From: a candidate division WOR-3 bacterium
GTDB taxonomy: Bacteria > Hydrothermota > Tepidihabitantia > Tepidihabitantales > Tepidihabitantaceae
NCBI GenBank assembly: GCA_965649225.1
Contig: CBFGJX010000017.1
Span: 1 to 61,259 of the forward strand
Reading direction: 5' to 3'
Length of the DNA stretch: 61,259 nt
Within the stretch, counting starts at the first letter, position 1; each line of letters opens with the position of its first letter. The translations under genes were made by a program, and so were the position numbers. A model generated the notes under the pieces. That model was not told the DNA's origin. It worked only from the letters and a program-made list of their open reading frames with translations, and did not search any database. Positions 10,501 to 18,665 of this stretch are shown in pieces.

Positions 10501-11414
10501 CCTACCGTCTGAACGGCTACAATCTCCTGCGGGCGGCGGGCAGGATCGACTCCGGCCGGGTCCGGACCAGCTTCGTCGTGCCGCGCGTTGACTATCCCGA
10601 GACAACGCTGGTGCCCAACGGCAGCTATGTCCGGCAGGCGGGTACCGGTCGGGTGAGCCTCCTGATGTGGAATCAGGACAGCTCCTGGTCCGCCACCCGC
10701 AGCGGTCTGGGGCTTGGTGACAGTCTGGTTGAACCGGATGATAATGCGCCGCCCGAAATCGAACTCTGGGCCGACCGCATCCGACTGCGACTGGATGACA
10801 CTACCGATGTGCCCGGCAGTTTTGTCCTCACTGGCGTCATCAGTGACCCGTCAGGCATTCTGCTGGTGCCGGATGTTGAAGCCGGGCTCAGTCTGCAAAT
10901 TGGTACCGCGGCGCGGGTACAGCTTGGTTCGGTTTTTGCCTACGACAATAACTCCACGACTACCGGCCGGTTTTCCTGGCCGGTGCGGCTTGACCAGCGC
11001 CAGGATGTCATCACCGTTACCGCCGCCGACAATCTGGTCACTCCGCTTTCAAGTCATCGCCGGGTAGTGCAGGTTGCGGTGCGAAAGCGGTCGGACGATG
11101 CGCTGACACTGGCCGACCCGCTGGTGTATCCGAATCCCACTCCCGGGGCAGCGAAGTTCACTTTCAACCTGTCGCGGCCGGCTTATGTCAGCGTGCGGAT
11201 TTTCACCCTCGCCGGCCGGCTGGTGCGGGCGCTGCCGGAGCAAATCTGCGGACCCGGTTATGGTGAGCTGGAATGGGACGGGTTTGATGCCGCGGGCCGG
11301 CTGCCGGGCAATGGCGTTTATCTTTACAAAATCGATGCCCGCGCCGTTGAGCCCGGGCTGTCGCTCAGCCGGTCGTCGGCAACCTATCGCGACCGGTTCA
11401 TCATTCACCGCTAG
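7503..11414 (+). CDS. C25 (gingipain) family peptidase, PorU-like, with FlgD-Ig/CTD tail
   Basis: GVYRIT N-terminal motif, YVLLAGDGTYD, LALGRV, catalytic His (FFGHG) and Cys (FGSCGVGRFD), YHLFGDP, C-terminal VYPNP...WDGFDAAG...GVYLYKI. Confidence 0.85.
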   Translation: MVFCRAAFLVLISAVIGNALNTETSTDLACRPVLSLVESGPNGLVLEFACDSFSLVEDHTGIGVVFAGAERARPGEPDLPHSQVLVGLPQTGGLRVAATALDVTVRTVGRIRPAPSYDAAEPLTISGAGWQPAELVEAGPVGTMRDVRVAPVRINPVQYDAGTGQLRLCRRLRIDIRFTAAPVDYRRADLLDTAVAAALVNGRDALGWKLERRPDDTLNFFDRSTEWCRIRIDTTGVYRITPADLKAAGFSPDGIDPATLRLYTIGPYQVGGDYPDTMVELPLYVRDNGDGRFSGSDAALFYAEAPSRRNELDTTWRYNPYARYATFWLTWGGVAGRRMPEQTGAPAGIPPARALVRERVEYDLLCPARSGLLWLWTNLFKPAGVLRAADTFVLPLVERDTVLVVSGRCLGRAPDNQSLVYRGRIYLNGTLLDTLRIPAASRVPPQTLFNIAVPGEAGSRGSADTVVFELYGEPEMDVFVDWFEVQYLRRLSLDQNRPWLELWGRDSAAALEFALEGGAGALVMDVSDPWNPQRIQGRVDGRRLLVSWRPGRTVRLFCVLPDRARVPADIRRRTPGMLRSPGERADYYIIAPDELAPAAELLARWRNGNIPGAPGAVARVARLESIYDDYGFGMQEPAAIRRFLQAKRPAYVLLAGDGTYDYQDRLGLGLTPGVPPCELGYDIDPEVYGNTARAQDAWYADLDAGGLIDPDLALGRVTARSAVELRAFYDKLRRYESQPPGFWSRRFLLVADDEWLGQVGPQYVDPIGFRHISSCELMATVAPGLLDPVKLYLTEYPLTSTNLKAEAQAELLRRLDEGALLWAFFGHGAGFQLCHEQILHITNTVPQVKTGLRQSVAYFGSCGVGRFDDTRYQSIAEELVRREEGCIATVAATKATDPGGNEALARQLFTFLTTRPEQPVGAGFFAAWNTNPLYHLFGDPVAKLRLPAAATPPTVTPESLYPGGQVLIAGSAPVNSGSWELAAFEEEWLRRYFSDVGVVSYRLNGYNLLRAAGRIDSGRVRTSFVVPRVDYPETTLVPNGSYVRQAGTGRVSLLMWNQDSSWSATRSGLGLGDSLVEPDDNAPPEIELWADRIRLRLDDTTDVPGSFVLTGVISDPSGILLVPDVEAGLSLQIGTAARVQLGSVFAYDNNSTTTGRFSWPVRLDQRQDVITVTAADNLVTPLSSHRRVVQVAVRKRSDDALTLADPLVYPNPTPGAAKFTFNLSRPAYVSVRIFTLAGRLVRALPEQICGPGYGELEWDGFDAAGRLPGNGVYLYKIDARAVEPGLSLSRSSATYRDRFIIHR

Positions 11415-11564
11415 CCGGCCTGGGCAGCGCAGCGGGTCGAATCGTGAACCGACAGAAAGTCGTGCGACATCCTTTTTGCCGCCAGCGGGTCTAAACTGAT
11501 GAAGTTGAGAGAAGCTCACCTCCCCCTTCTTTCGGCTTCACGGTTGCCACGCTTCCTCCTCTGT

Positions 11565-11580
11565 GAGAGGCCGGCCTCTC
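11565..11580. repeat. Perfect 16-bp palindrome inside a larger intergenic stem
   Basis: GAGAGGCCGGCCTCTC flanked by GCCACG (11546-11551) and CGTGGC (11586-11591). Confidence 0.75.
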
Positions 11581-11696
11581 CTGAACGTGGCCTTACCAGC
11601 GCCGTCGGCGTCTGCCACCACTCTGCTTGCAGCTCGCAGGAACACGCCGGCGGCGCATGGCGTTTTCCGCAAGTTCCCAATTACTGAGGGTTGACG

Positions 11697-12692
11697 ATGG
11701 TAACCGTCCTCTGGCTTTGGCCGCCGGAAGCGGAGCTGAAAGAATTGCTGACAGCAAAGCTGTCCGGCAGCGTCCGGCTGGTTTTCCCGCCTGATGACAA
11801 TCCGGTGACGTTTGCCCGGCTGGCCGCTGAGGCAGCGGTGGTCGTCGGCCGGCGGATAAGCCCGGAGCTGCTGGCAGCGGCGGCAAGACTGGAGCTGGTG
11901 ATTGTTCCGGGTGCGGGGGTATGGGAGGCAGTTCAGACAATCCGCAAGATCGGACGCCGACCACTGCTCGTCAACGACCATAGCAATGCTCGGGCGGTTG
12001 CTCAACATGCGGTTGCGCTGCTGCTGGCACTCACCAACCGGATTGTGCAGTATCACAATCGGATGGCTGCCGGTAACTGGCAGGTTGATGACCGCGCCGC
12101 GCCATCGCGGTTTCTGACCGGATGCAGGGTCGGACTGCTGGGTTACGGTCATGTCAACCGGCTGGTGCACCGGCTGCTCGCCGGTTTCGGGCCGGATCTT
12201 GCCATTCTGCGGCGGCAGTGGCCTGACCGAGACGAAGTGCTGCCTACCCCGGCCGAAAAGCTTGGTCCGGACGGAGTTGACCGGCTGTTTGAGACCTGCG
12301 ACATCGTGATGATCTCGGTACCGCTGACCGAAGAGACCACCGGGCTGGTTGATTACCGCCGGCTGGAACTGCTGGGTGGCGCTGGCCTGCTGGTGAATTA
12401 TGCCCGAGGTGCGGTGGTGGTCGAGGCTGACCTGTACCGGGCACTGCGCGACCGGGTGATCGCCGGCGCAGCGGTGGATGTCTGGTATTCGCGTCAGACC
12501 GAACGCGACGGTTTGCCACAGCCTTATCATTTTCCCTTCCATGAGCTGGACAATGTCGTGCTCTCGCCGCACCGGGCGGCCTCGCCGTTTTTCACACCGG
12601 AGCGGTGGAATGAGGTGATCGAGAATATCCGGCGCTTCGCGACCGGCCGGCGCGACCTGCTCAATCTCGTTGACATCGAGCGGGGTTATTGA
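11697..12692 (+). CDS. D-isomer-specific 2-hydroxyacid dehydrogenase family protein
   Basis: NARAVAQH, LLGYGHV, VPLTEETTGLV, LVNYARG, DVW, VLSPH. Confidence 0.85.
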   Translation: MVTVLWLWPPEAELKELLTAKLSGSVRLVFPPDDNPVTFARLAAEAAVVVGRRISPELLAAAARLELVIVPGAGVWEAVQTIRKIGRRPLLVNDHSNARAVAQHAVALLLALTNRIVQYHNRMAAGNWQVDDRAAPSRFLTGCRVGLLGYGHVNRLVHRLLAGFGPDLAILRRQWPDRDEVLPTPAEKLGPDGVDRLFETCDIVMISVPLTEETTGLVDYRRLELLGGAGLLVNYARGAVVVEADLYRALRDRVIAGAAVDVWYSRQTERDGLPQPYHFPFHELDNVVLSPHRAASPFFTPERWNEVIENIRRFATGRRDLLNLVDIERGY

Positions 12693-12732
12693 CCAATCCG
12701 GAAAACAGAACCACAATCCAGAAGAGGTGGCC

Positions 12733-14136
12733 ATGAGAACAGTTCTGCTTTGTTTCGTCGTGCTGGCGAGCGCCGCCGCTGATACACTCTGGCTGCGGCG
12801 CTACGATGCCGGCGCCTCCGAGTATACCAGTGGCGTTGCCGGTAACGATCGCCGGCTGGTTGTCGCCGGATTCTGTGACGATACGGTTGGTCTCGACTAT
12901 GACTGGCTGGTGCTGTGGTACCGGCAGTCGGGAGAGTTCGAGAACGCCACAGTTCTTGAAATCGGTGCCGACGATTACTGCGGTGACGTCGACATGGCGA
13001 GTGACGGCCGGGCGATTGTCGCCGGTTACAGTTTTTCTCTGCGTTCGGGCCGGCAGCGACTGCCGCTGAACCGTTACCGGCCGCGCCGACCGGCGACGGA
13101 TGAATTTCTCGATGGCATCGTACTGAAAACCGACAGCTCCGGTGGAGTCGTCTGGCAGGCGCGGGTGCCGTGGGTACAACTGCTCGGAATTGCCGCCGAC
13201 GCAGCGGGCGGGGGAGTGATATCGGGCACGGTTTTCACCGGCAGCGAGTTTGACCTTTTCTGTGCGCGGTTCGGCCCGGGCGGCGAGAGTCTCTGGGCGC
13301 GCAGTCTGAACTTCGGTGTCGAGGATGTCGGCCGCCGGATTGCGCCCGACGGGGCGGGCGGTTTCATTCAGGCGGGGACAGTGCTGGACGATACTATGGA
13401 ATGGTGTCAGATTGTCCGCTGGAGCGCTCTGGGCGAGACGCTGTGGACCAGAGCCTACCGGCGATATCCTGATGCCTGTTATGGTACCGGCGTGGCGGTG
13501 GATGATGCCGGTAACTACTATGTGGCTGCCGGGTTGGATACCGATACCACCACGATGGCGCTTTTGCTGAAGTACAGCCCGAGCGGCGAGCTGCTCTGGG
13601 AACGCACGTTGATGCTGGGAACGTGGCAGTGGGCCTGGGTTGATGCGGTGGTTGTGGACGGGGACGTCTTTGTGGCCGGGACCACCTGGGGTGAAGGTGG
13701 CCTCAGTGATTTCATCATCGCTCGATACAGCCCGGCGGGCGAGACGCTGTGGACAGCACGCTGGGACGAAACCGAAGAGGACATTGTTACCGGGATCACT
13801 GTTGACCGGTCGGGTAATCCGGTGGTATCCGGGGTCAGCGACGATGCTCGCGGGTACTTCGATGCAATTACGATGAAATACGCCCGTGGTTCGGGGGTTG
13901 TTGAGGACGGAGGCTGTGTGGTTCGTCCCGCACCGAAGACGGTGCTGGCACGAGGACAGTTGAAGCTGGAAGGCGGGTCGGCGCTGCTGGCTGGCAGAAC
14001 GCTGCTGGTTGATGCGCTCGGCCGCGGCGTGTTGATGCTGAAGCCGGGAAACAATGACCTCAGCGGTGTTGCGCCCGGGGTGTATTTTGTCCGTACCGGT
14101 GGTTTGGTGATCGGCCGGGTGGTCGTGCTGGACTAG
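12733..14136 (+). CDS. Secreted beta-propeller (SBBP-like repeats) with short CTD-like tail
   Basis: GAGG RBS; signal peptide; repeated KYSPSGELLW / RYSPAGETLW; LVDALGR...LSGVAPGVYFV. Confidence 0.75.
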   Translation: MRTVLLCFVVLASAAADTLWLRRYDAGASEYTSGVAGNDRRLVVAGFCDDTVGLDYDWLVLWYRQSGEFENATVLEIGADDYCGDVDMASDGRAIVAGYSFSLRSGRQRLPLNRYRPRRPATDEFLDGIVLKTDSSGGVVWQARVPWVQLLGIAADAAGGGVISGTVFTGSEFDLFCARFGPGGESLWARSLNFGVEDVGRRIAPDGAGGFIQAGTVLDDTMEWCQIVRWSALGETLWTRAYRRYPDACYGTGVAVDDAGNYYVAAGLDTDTTTMALLLKYSPSGELLWERTLMLGTWQWAWVDAVVVDGDVFVAGTTWGEGGLSDFIIARYSPAGETLWTARWDETEEDIVTGITVDRSGNPVVSGVSDDARGYFDAITMKYARGSGVVEDGGCVVRPAPKTVLARGQLKLEGGSALLAGRTLLVDALGRGVLMLKPGNNDLSGVAPGVYFVRTGGLVIGRVVVLD

Positions 14137-14140
14137 ACCG

Positions 14141-14761
14141 GTGCGGATTGCCTTTTTGGGCGACAGTCTGACCGAGGGAGTTCCGGGTGAGTCTTATTTC
14201 GAACGGGTAGCCGCCGCCCTGCCCGGTCACGTTTTGTTGAACTGGGGCCGGGGCGGCGATACGGTTGTCAGTCTTGCCCAGCGGCTTGACCGGCTGGTGT
14301 TCGACCCCCGGCCGGATGCGGTGTTTCTGTGGGTCGGGGTGAACGATGCCATTCTGATGGAGTCGCCCTACTATCTGACCGGAGTGAACCCGGGCGAAGC
14401 CGACTGTCTGTTGGTGGACGAGGAGTTTGCCGGATGGTACCGACAGGTGCTGGATTATCTGGCGGTGCGGACCGGTCGGGTGGTGGCGGTCGGACCGCTG
14501 TTCTGTGGCGAAGACCTGAGCGATTCTCTGAACCAGCGGCTGGCCGGTTTGGGCGAGACAATTCGCGGGCTGTGTCGCGACTATCCCAACACGGTCTTTG
14601 TCGACATGCGGCGCGAGTTTTTCGCCGACCCGGCAACCGCGCCGGTGCTGCCGGCGTGTAACGGGCTGCGGTTCACGACCGACGGTGTCCATCTCAATGC
14701 CGTTGGCGCCGACGTGGTGGCGCGGGTGATGCTGCGGCAGATTGCCCGGCTTGACTGGTAA
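14141..14761 (+). CDS. SGNH/GDSL hydrolase
   Basis: FLGDSLTEG, GRGGDT, GVND, DGVHLN. Confidence 0.9.
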   Translation: MRIAFLGDSLTEGVPGESYFERVAAALPGHVLLNWGRGGDTVVSLAQRLDRLVFDPRPDAVFLWVGVNDAILMESPYYLTGVNPGEADCLLVDEEFAGWYRQVLDYLAVRTGRVVAVGPLFCGEDLSDSLNQRLAGLGETIRGLCRDYPNTVFVDMRREFFADPATAPVLPACNGLRFTTDGVHLNAVGADVVARVMLRQIARLDW

Positions 14762-14773
14762 CCGGATGAACAG

Positions 14774-14808
14774 CGCGGGGCAGGCGCAAGGCCTGCCCCG
14801 CGGATTTT
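14774..14808. terminator. Terminator hairpin between convergent genes
   Basis: CGCGGGGCAGGC-GCAAG-GCCTGCCCCGCG followed by GATTTT. Confidence 0.7.
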
Positions 14809-14816
14809 CCCGGCTG

Positions 14817-15188
14817 TTACCAGCGCGGACGCTGCGGCCGGTCTTCGCGGCGCTGACCGCCGCGGCCACCGCCGGAACGCGGCCGGCCGAAACCGCCGCC
14901 AAAGCCGCCGGCACCGCGTTCGCGGCGCTGACCGCCTTCGCTGCGTTCGAGGGCCTCTTTGACGGTGAGGGGCCGGCCATCGAGGACATACTGATTGAGG
15001 CCGGCGATGGCGGCGGTTGCCGCCTCGTCGGTGCTCATCTCGACAAAGCCGAATCCCCGCGAGCGATTGGTCATTCGGTCCTTGACGATATCGACGCTGG
15101 ACACATCGCCGTGCTGGGCGAAGATCGAACGGAGCGCATCCTCAGTGGCACTGAACGGCAGGTTCCCGACAAAAATGCGCTTGGCCAT
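14817..15188 (-). CDS. RRM RNA-binding protein with Gly/Arg-rich tail
   Basis: RNP2 IFVGNL, RNP1 RGFGFVEM; GGAGG RBS. Confidence 0.95.
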   Translation of the reverse strand: MAKRIFVGNLPFSATEDALRSIFAQHGDVSSVDIVKDRMTNRSRGFGFVEMSTDEAATAAIAGLNQYVLDGRPLTVKEALERSEGGQRRERGAGGFGGGFGRPRSGGGRGGQRREDRPQRPRW

Positions 15189-15329
15189 AACTTACCTCCG
15201 GACTTTTGTGCTGGTACAATCGGTGGGACTGCTAGTGCGGGAACGTGCTTCTGTGCCCGGCCAGACAGGCTCCGAAATGTCCCTAGCCCCTTACAGACTT
15301 TACGCTTGGCGCCATTGCGCCTTCAAAAA

Positions 15330-15357
15330 ATCATACCCCTGAACCGGATGTCGTCAA
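15330..15357 (-). promoter_or_regulatory. Sigma-70 promoter of the RRM gene (long 5' UTR)
   Basis: TTGACG-N16-TATGAT on the minus strand. Confidence 0.6.
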
Positions 15358-16034
15358 GCCTGATTTGCTGCCCCCGCGGTTGGCCATTCCAGCACGGTTT
15401 CGCCGGTCCCGGTCGCGGCCGGGACATTTTTGACCGGCCGCAGCGACCGGCTTGTCGCGACCGGCCAGCGCCGGGCAAACCGGTACAGCCGGAGTACACC
15501 AATGGCGGCGATGGCGACAGCACTCAGGGCCAGCGGCCAGCTGGAGCGAGTGATACCGGCTAACGCCACCGCGGCAGCGATGATGAGCGCGTCGGCAACG
15601 AAAGCCGCCGCAAACTGCAGCGAGAGCAGCAGCACTGTCAGGCCGAGAACGAAAACGCTCAGACGGTTGACGGAAAGGCCGATCAGTGCCGGGCTGAAGC
15701 AGACCCACAGGCCGGCGATGATGCCCGGGATTGACAGCCAGCGGCAGCGGGGCGGATTCAACCGGCAGAGGCCGGCCCAGATCATTCGCGGCATTGTCAG
15801 GTGTTGTTTACCCCAGAAGAGCAGGGCAAGTCCCAGTGCGGTCAGGGCGAGAAATGTCGCCAGTGGGGCCGGGGTGTGGCCGGCGGAATCAGCCAACCCG
15901 GTCGCGGCAGAACCGGCGGTTACGGCGGCAAGGGCAATTTCCAACAGGCCGTCGCCGGCAGCGCAGAGCCAGGCCCGGCGCGGGTAAACAAGGTGCCGGC
16001 GGCCAGCCGGGCCGGCCAGGGTCGAGCTAGCCAT
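15354..16034 (-). CDS. Hypothetical polytopic membrane protein
   Basis: GGAGG RBS before ATG 16034; several hydrophobic helices. Confidence 0.55.
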   Translation of the reverse strand: MASSTLAGPAGRRHLVYPRRAWLCAAGDGLLEIALAAVTAGSAATGLADSAGHTPAPLATFLALTALGLALLFWGKQHLTMPRMIWAGLCRLNPPRCRWLSIPGIIAGLWVCFSPALIGLSVNRLSVFVLGLTVLLLSLQFAAAFVADALIIAAAVALAGITRSSWPLALSAVAIAAIGVLRLYRFARRWPVATSRSLRPVKNVPAATGTGETVLEWPTAGAANQA

Positions 16035-16113
16035 TGCCGCCTCCGACAACAGCCGGGCAGACCGAAATCACGGGCGGGGACAGCAGTCCAGTAAACGGTT
16101 TGACGACGGGCAT
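16027..16113 (-). CDS. Small upstream ORF, 28 aa (MPVVKPFTGLLSPPVISVCPAVVGGGNG)
   Basis: GGAGG RBS before ATG 16113; stop lies just past the next gene's start codon. Confidence 0.35.
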   Translation of the reverse strand: MPVVKPFTGLLSPPVISVCPAVVGGGNG

Positions 16114-16260
16114 CGAAACCTCCCAGTTTCAGGCCGTGAAGGCCTCCTCCAATCCTTCCCTACACAGACTTACCTAGAACCCCTCAGGCCAGATTAACCG
16201 GCGTCAGCTGCGCTGTCAAGTTTGGCGCAGCCGTTTCTGGTCGTTGATTGTCGAAGCGGC

Positions 16261-17523
16261 TCAGGGGTTGTAGGCGAGTTCGACCGAGAGCACGCGGCTG
16301 ACGAAGTCGTCGGTGTTGAGCGCGTGCCATTCGGGACTGACAGTCGCGGAAGCAGCGAGACTGAGCTGGCGCGGGCCAATGCGCAGAATCGACCAGTTCA
16401 AGGCAAGGTTCATTTCGCTGAATGAGTAATTGCCCTGGACAAGCGTGTCAGCCGACGGGAAGCGCCGGATGCCCAGTCGGCCTTCCAAGGTAAGCCAGAA
16501 GCGGTCACCGGGGGCGAAGTCCAGACCGGCACCGAGCGCCAGCTCGTTATAGTCTTCCTGCTTTTCCGCGGTGAGACTGCGGCCGATGGCAAATCCGGGA
16601 CCCAGTCGCAGTTCCCAGGCCGAAACGGGGCTGAAGTCAAGTTCAAGTCGGGCGGTGTTTTCAGCGATGTTGTCATACGGGCCGGTTGCCGAGTCGTAGC
16701 GGGTACGCCGGAAGTTGTCATCGAGGGTCAGACCAACCGCGTCGCTGACAGTCCAGTCGAGTCGCAATGCCGGGGTCAGTTCAAAGTAGCTGCGTGTCGG
16801 GTCGGCGGCGCGGCGGCGCAGAGCATCAGCCGACAGCTCAACCGTCAGCGGGTCGAGCCAGCCGTCAAGGCCGAGACGGAGGGCGAGTTCCTGCCAGCGT
16901 CGGTCTGGTTCGGTCCAGCGTTGGGCAACGGCGATGCCGGCGTCGATGTTGGAGAGCAGTCCGAAACTCTGGCGAAAGTCGATTCCGGCCCGGCCAGTAA
17001 GGTAGTTGTGGTTATAGGAATCGGGTCGGGGGTACCAGCTCAAATCGGTGCGGGCGTTGACCGCGATGCGGGTGGCGGACGATGGTTGCAGGGCAAGCTC
17101 GGCCCGCAGTGAGTTGTCGAGGCAGTCACGGCGGCCGGTGGTGTCGGCCAGGCCGGGAAGCAGTCGATGATACAGTCGCAGGTCGGCGTCATCGGCGGCC
17201 GAGAGCTCAAGGCCGGGGGCGAGGCGCCGTGCGACGGCGGCGCCGAGTGCGGCGCGAAGTGACCCGGTGCCAAGGCTGAGCCGGCTGGTGGTGTTGAGGC
17301 GGCTGGTTGTATCACCGGCGGCAAGACTGGTTGACCAGCTGAACCGGGCTTCGGTCTCAGCCGCGGTGGTGTCGGCTGGCGTTTCATAGTAGGCGGTGTC
17401 TTCAGTCAGCACGCCGTAACGCTGGCTCGACCAGTCGGCGCCGAGCGCGAATGAATGAGAAATCGCGGCAAGGGCCGATCCGGAGAGCGTTGACAGGATG
17501 AGAAACGTGAGTGTCTGCCGCAA
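16261..17523 (-). CDS. Putative outer-membrane beta-barrel protein
   Basis: Signal peptide; amphipathic beta-strands throughout; C-terminal LSVELAY. Confidence 0.65.
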   Translation of the reverse strand: MRQTLTFLILSTLSGSALAAISHSFALGADWSSQRYGVLTEDTAYYETPADTTAAETEARFSWSTSLAAGDTTSRLNTTSRLSLGTGSLRAALGAAVARRLAPGLELSAADDADLRLYHRLLPGLADTTGRRDCLDNSLRAELALQPSSATRIAVNARTDLSWYPRPDSYNHNYLTGRAGIDFRQSFGLLSNIDAGIAVAQRWTEPDRRWQELALRLGLDGWLDPLTVELSADALRRRAADPTRSYFELTPALRLDWTVSDAVGLTLDDNFRRTRYDSATGPYDNIAENTARLELDFSPVSAWELRLGPGFAIGRSLTAEKQEDYNELALGAGLDFAPGDRFWLTLEGRLGIRRFPSADTLVQGNYSFSEMNLALNWSILRIGPRQLSLAASATVSPEWHALNTDDFVSRVLSVELAYNP

Positions 17524-17528
17524 GACCG

Positions 17529-18542
17529 CTACTGCCCGGATTCGATGAGACTGAGAGCCTGGTCAAGGGCGCGGCGGGCTTCAGTTGCCGTGCGCCAGGC
17601 TTCGGCATGCCGGCCGGCGGCAGCGTGTTCACGGGCAAGAGCAAGGCGGCGGCGGCATTGTTCGAGCAGCAGTTTCGGCTCTGGACGGTCGCTGGCGGCG
17701 ATGTCGTCGGCCCATTCGGCGAGCAGCCGTTCAGTTTCGGTTATCACCCGGTCAGTCATTGCGGCATCGGTCGGACCGCGCACCAGTTCCCAGGCCCGCA
17801 GGGCAAGGTCCCGGGCAGCCAGAGTTCGACGCAGCGAGAGGGCGTTTTCGCGCCGGGCGAGCAGACGCCGGGCTTCGTTGAGCCAGTTGCCGGCACGCTC
17901 CAGCAGCGCGGTTGCCCGGGCATTGCCGCTTGTGGCGACTGGACCGGTAACTGATTCGATCAGCCGGGCGGTTCGTTCGATGGCGGTCTGAACCCGTTCC
18001 GGTCCGGCCGGTCCGACGGTCAGACGCCAGGCCGCAAGGGCGTGGTCGCGGGCGGTCCGGGCAAATTTCAGGGCCATGGCCCAGCGTCCGGCGGTGACAG
18101 CACGTTCGGCGGTTGCCTGTTCGCCTTCGGCGCTGCGCCAGAGTTCAAGCGCACGGGGTATGCCGGCGCGCAGGACTGCCGGGCCGATTTCGCTCATCCG
18201 CTCGCGGGTGGTCCGAACCATGGTGCGGATGCGCTCCGGGTCTATCTGGACCAGTTGCAGGGCCGCGTGCAGCATTTCCCGTGCCCGCATTGTGCGGCCG
18301 AGTGCCATCCGCAGCCGGTTGGACTGAAAGTCGCCGCGGGCAGTCTGCTGAACTGACCAAGCCTCTTCGAACTTCGCCACTGCTTCCGGAACCGCCGAGT
18401 TGCGGATTCTGGGTTCGGCTTCAGTGAGCATGGCATCGGTGCGGTCCAGTTCGGCCCGGACCCGTTCCCGTTCCCGGTCGCCGCTGTTCTGGGCAAGGCT
18501 AACACCGGCAATTACCAGAGCCAAGAGTACAATACGTTTCAC
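17529..18542 (-). CDS. Secreted alpha-helical protein with four ~79-aa repeats
   Basis: Signal peptide MKRIVLLALVIAGVSLA; repeats ERV...ERT...AR..AL.A. Confidence 0.75.
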   Translation of the reverse strand: MKRIVLLALVIAGVSLAQNSGDRERERVRAELDRTDAMLTEAEPRIRNSAVPEAVAKFEEAWSVQQTARGDFQSNRLRMALGRTMRAREMLHAALQLVQIDPERIRTMVRTTRERMSEIGPAVLRAGIPRALELWRSAEGEQATAERAVTAGRWAMALKFARTARDHALAAWRLTVGPAGPERVQTAIERTARLIESVTGPVATSGNARATALLERAGNWLNEARRLLARRENALSLRRTLAARDLALRAWELVRGPTDAAMTDRVITETERLLAEWADDIAASDRPEPKLLLEQCRRRLALAREHAAAGRHAEAWRTATEARRALDQALSLIESGQ

Positions 18543-18565
18543 GATTCAACTCCGGTCATTGCCAC

Positions 18566-18581
18566 TGCAATTGGTGTGCCA
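18566..18581 (-). promoter_or_regulatory. Sigma-54 (-24/-12) promoter
   Basis: TGGCAC-ACCAA-TTGCA, an exact TGGCAC-N5-TTGC match just upstream of GTG 18542. Confidence 0.85.
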
Positions 18582-18597
18582 TAGTCAAGTTGCGGTT

Positions 18598-18610
18598 AAT
18601 CAATATGTTA
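18598..18610 (+). promoter_or_regulatory. IHF-like binding site
   Basis: AATCAATATGTTA matches WATCAANNNNTTR, between the sigma-54 promoter and the putative UAS. Confidence 0.6.
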
Positions 18611-18633
18611 ACTGGCAGGGCCGAGAGCGGGGG

Positions 18634-18659
18634 TGTGCAGAGTGGTACAGAGCGGTACA
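18634..18659. promoter_or_regulatory. Putative enhancer (UAS) for the adjacent bEBP
   Basis: TGT-N10-ACA plus 10-bp periodic GTGCA-GAGTG-GTACA-GAGCG-GTACA. Confidence 0.5.
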
Positions 18660-18665
18660 TTCTGG

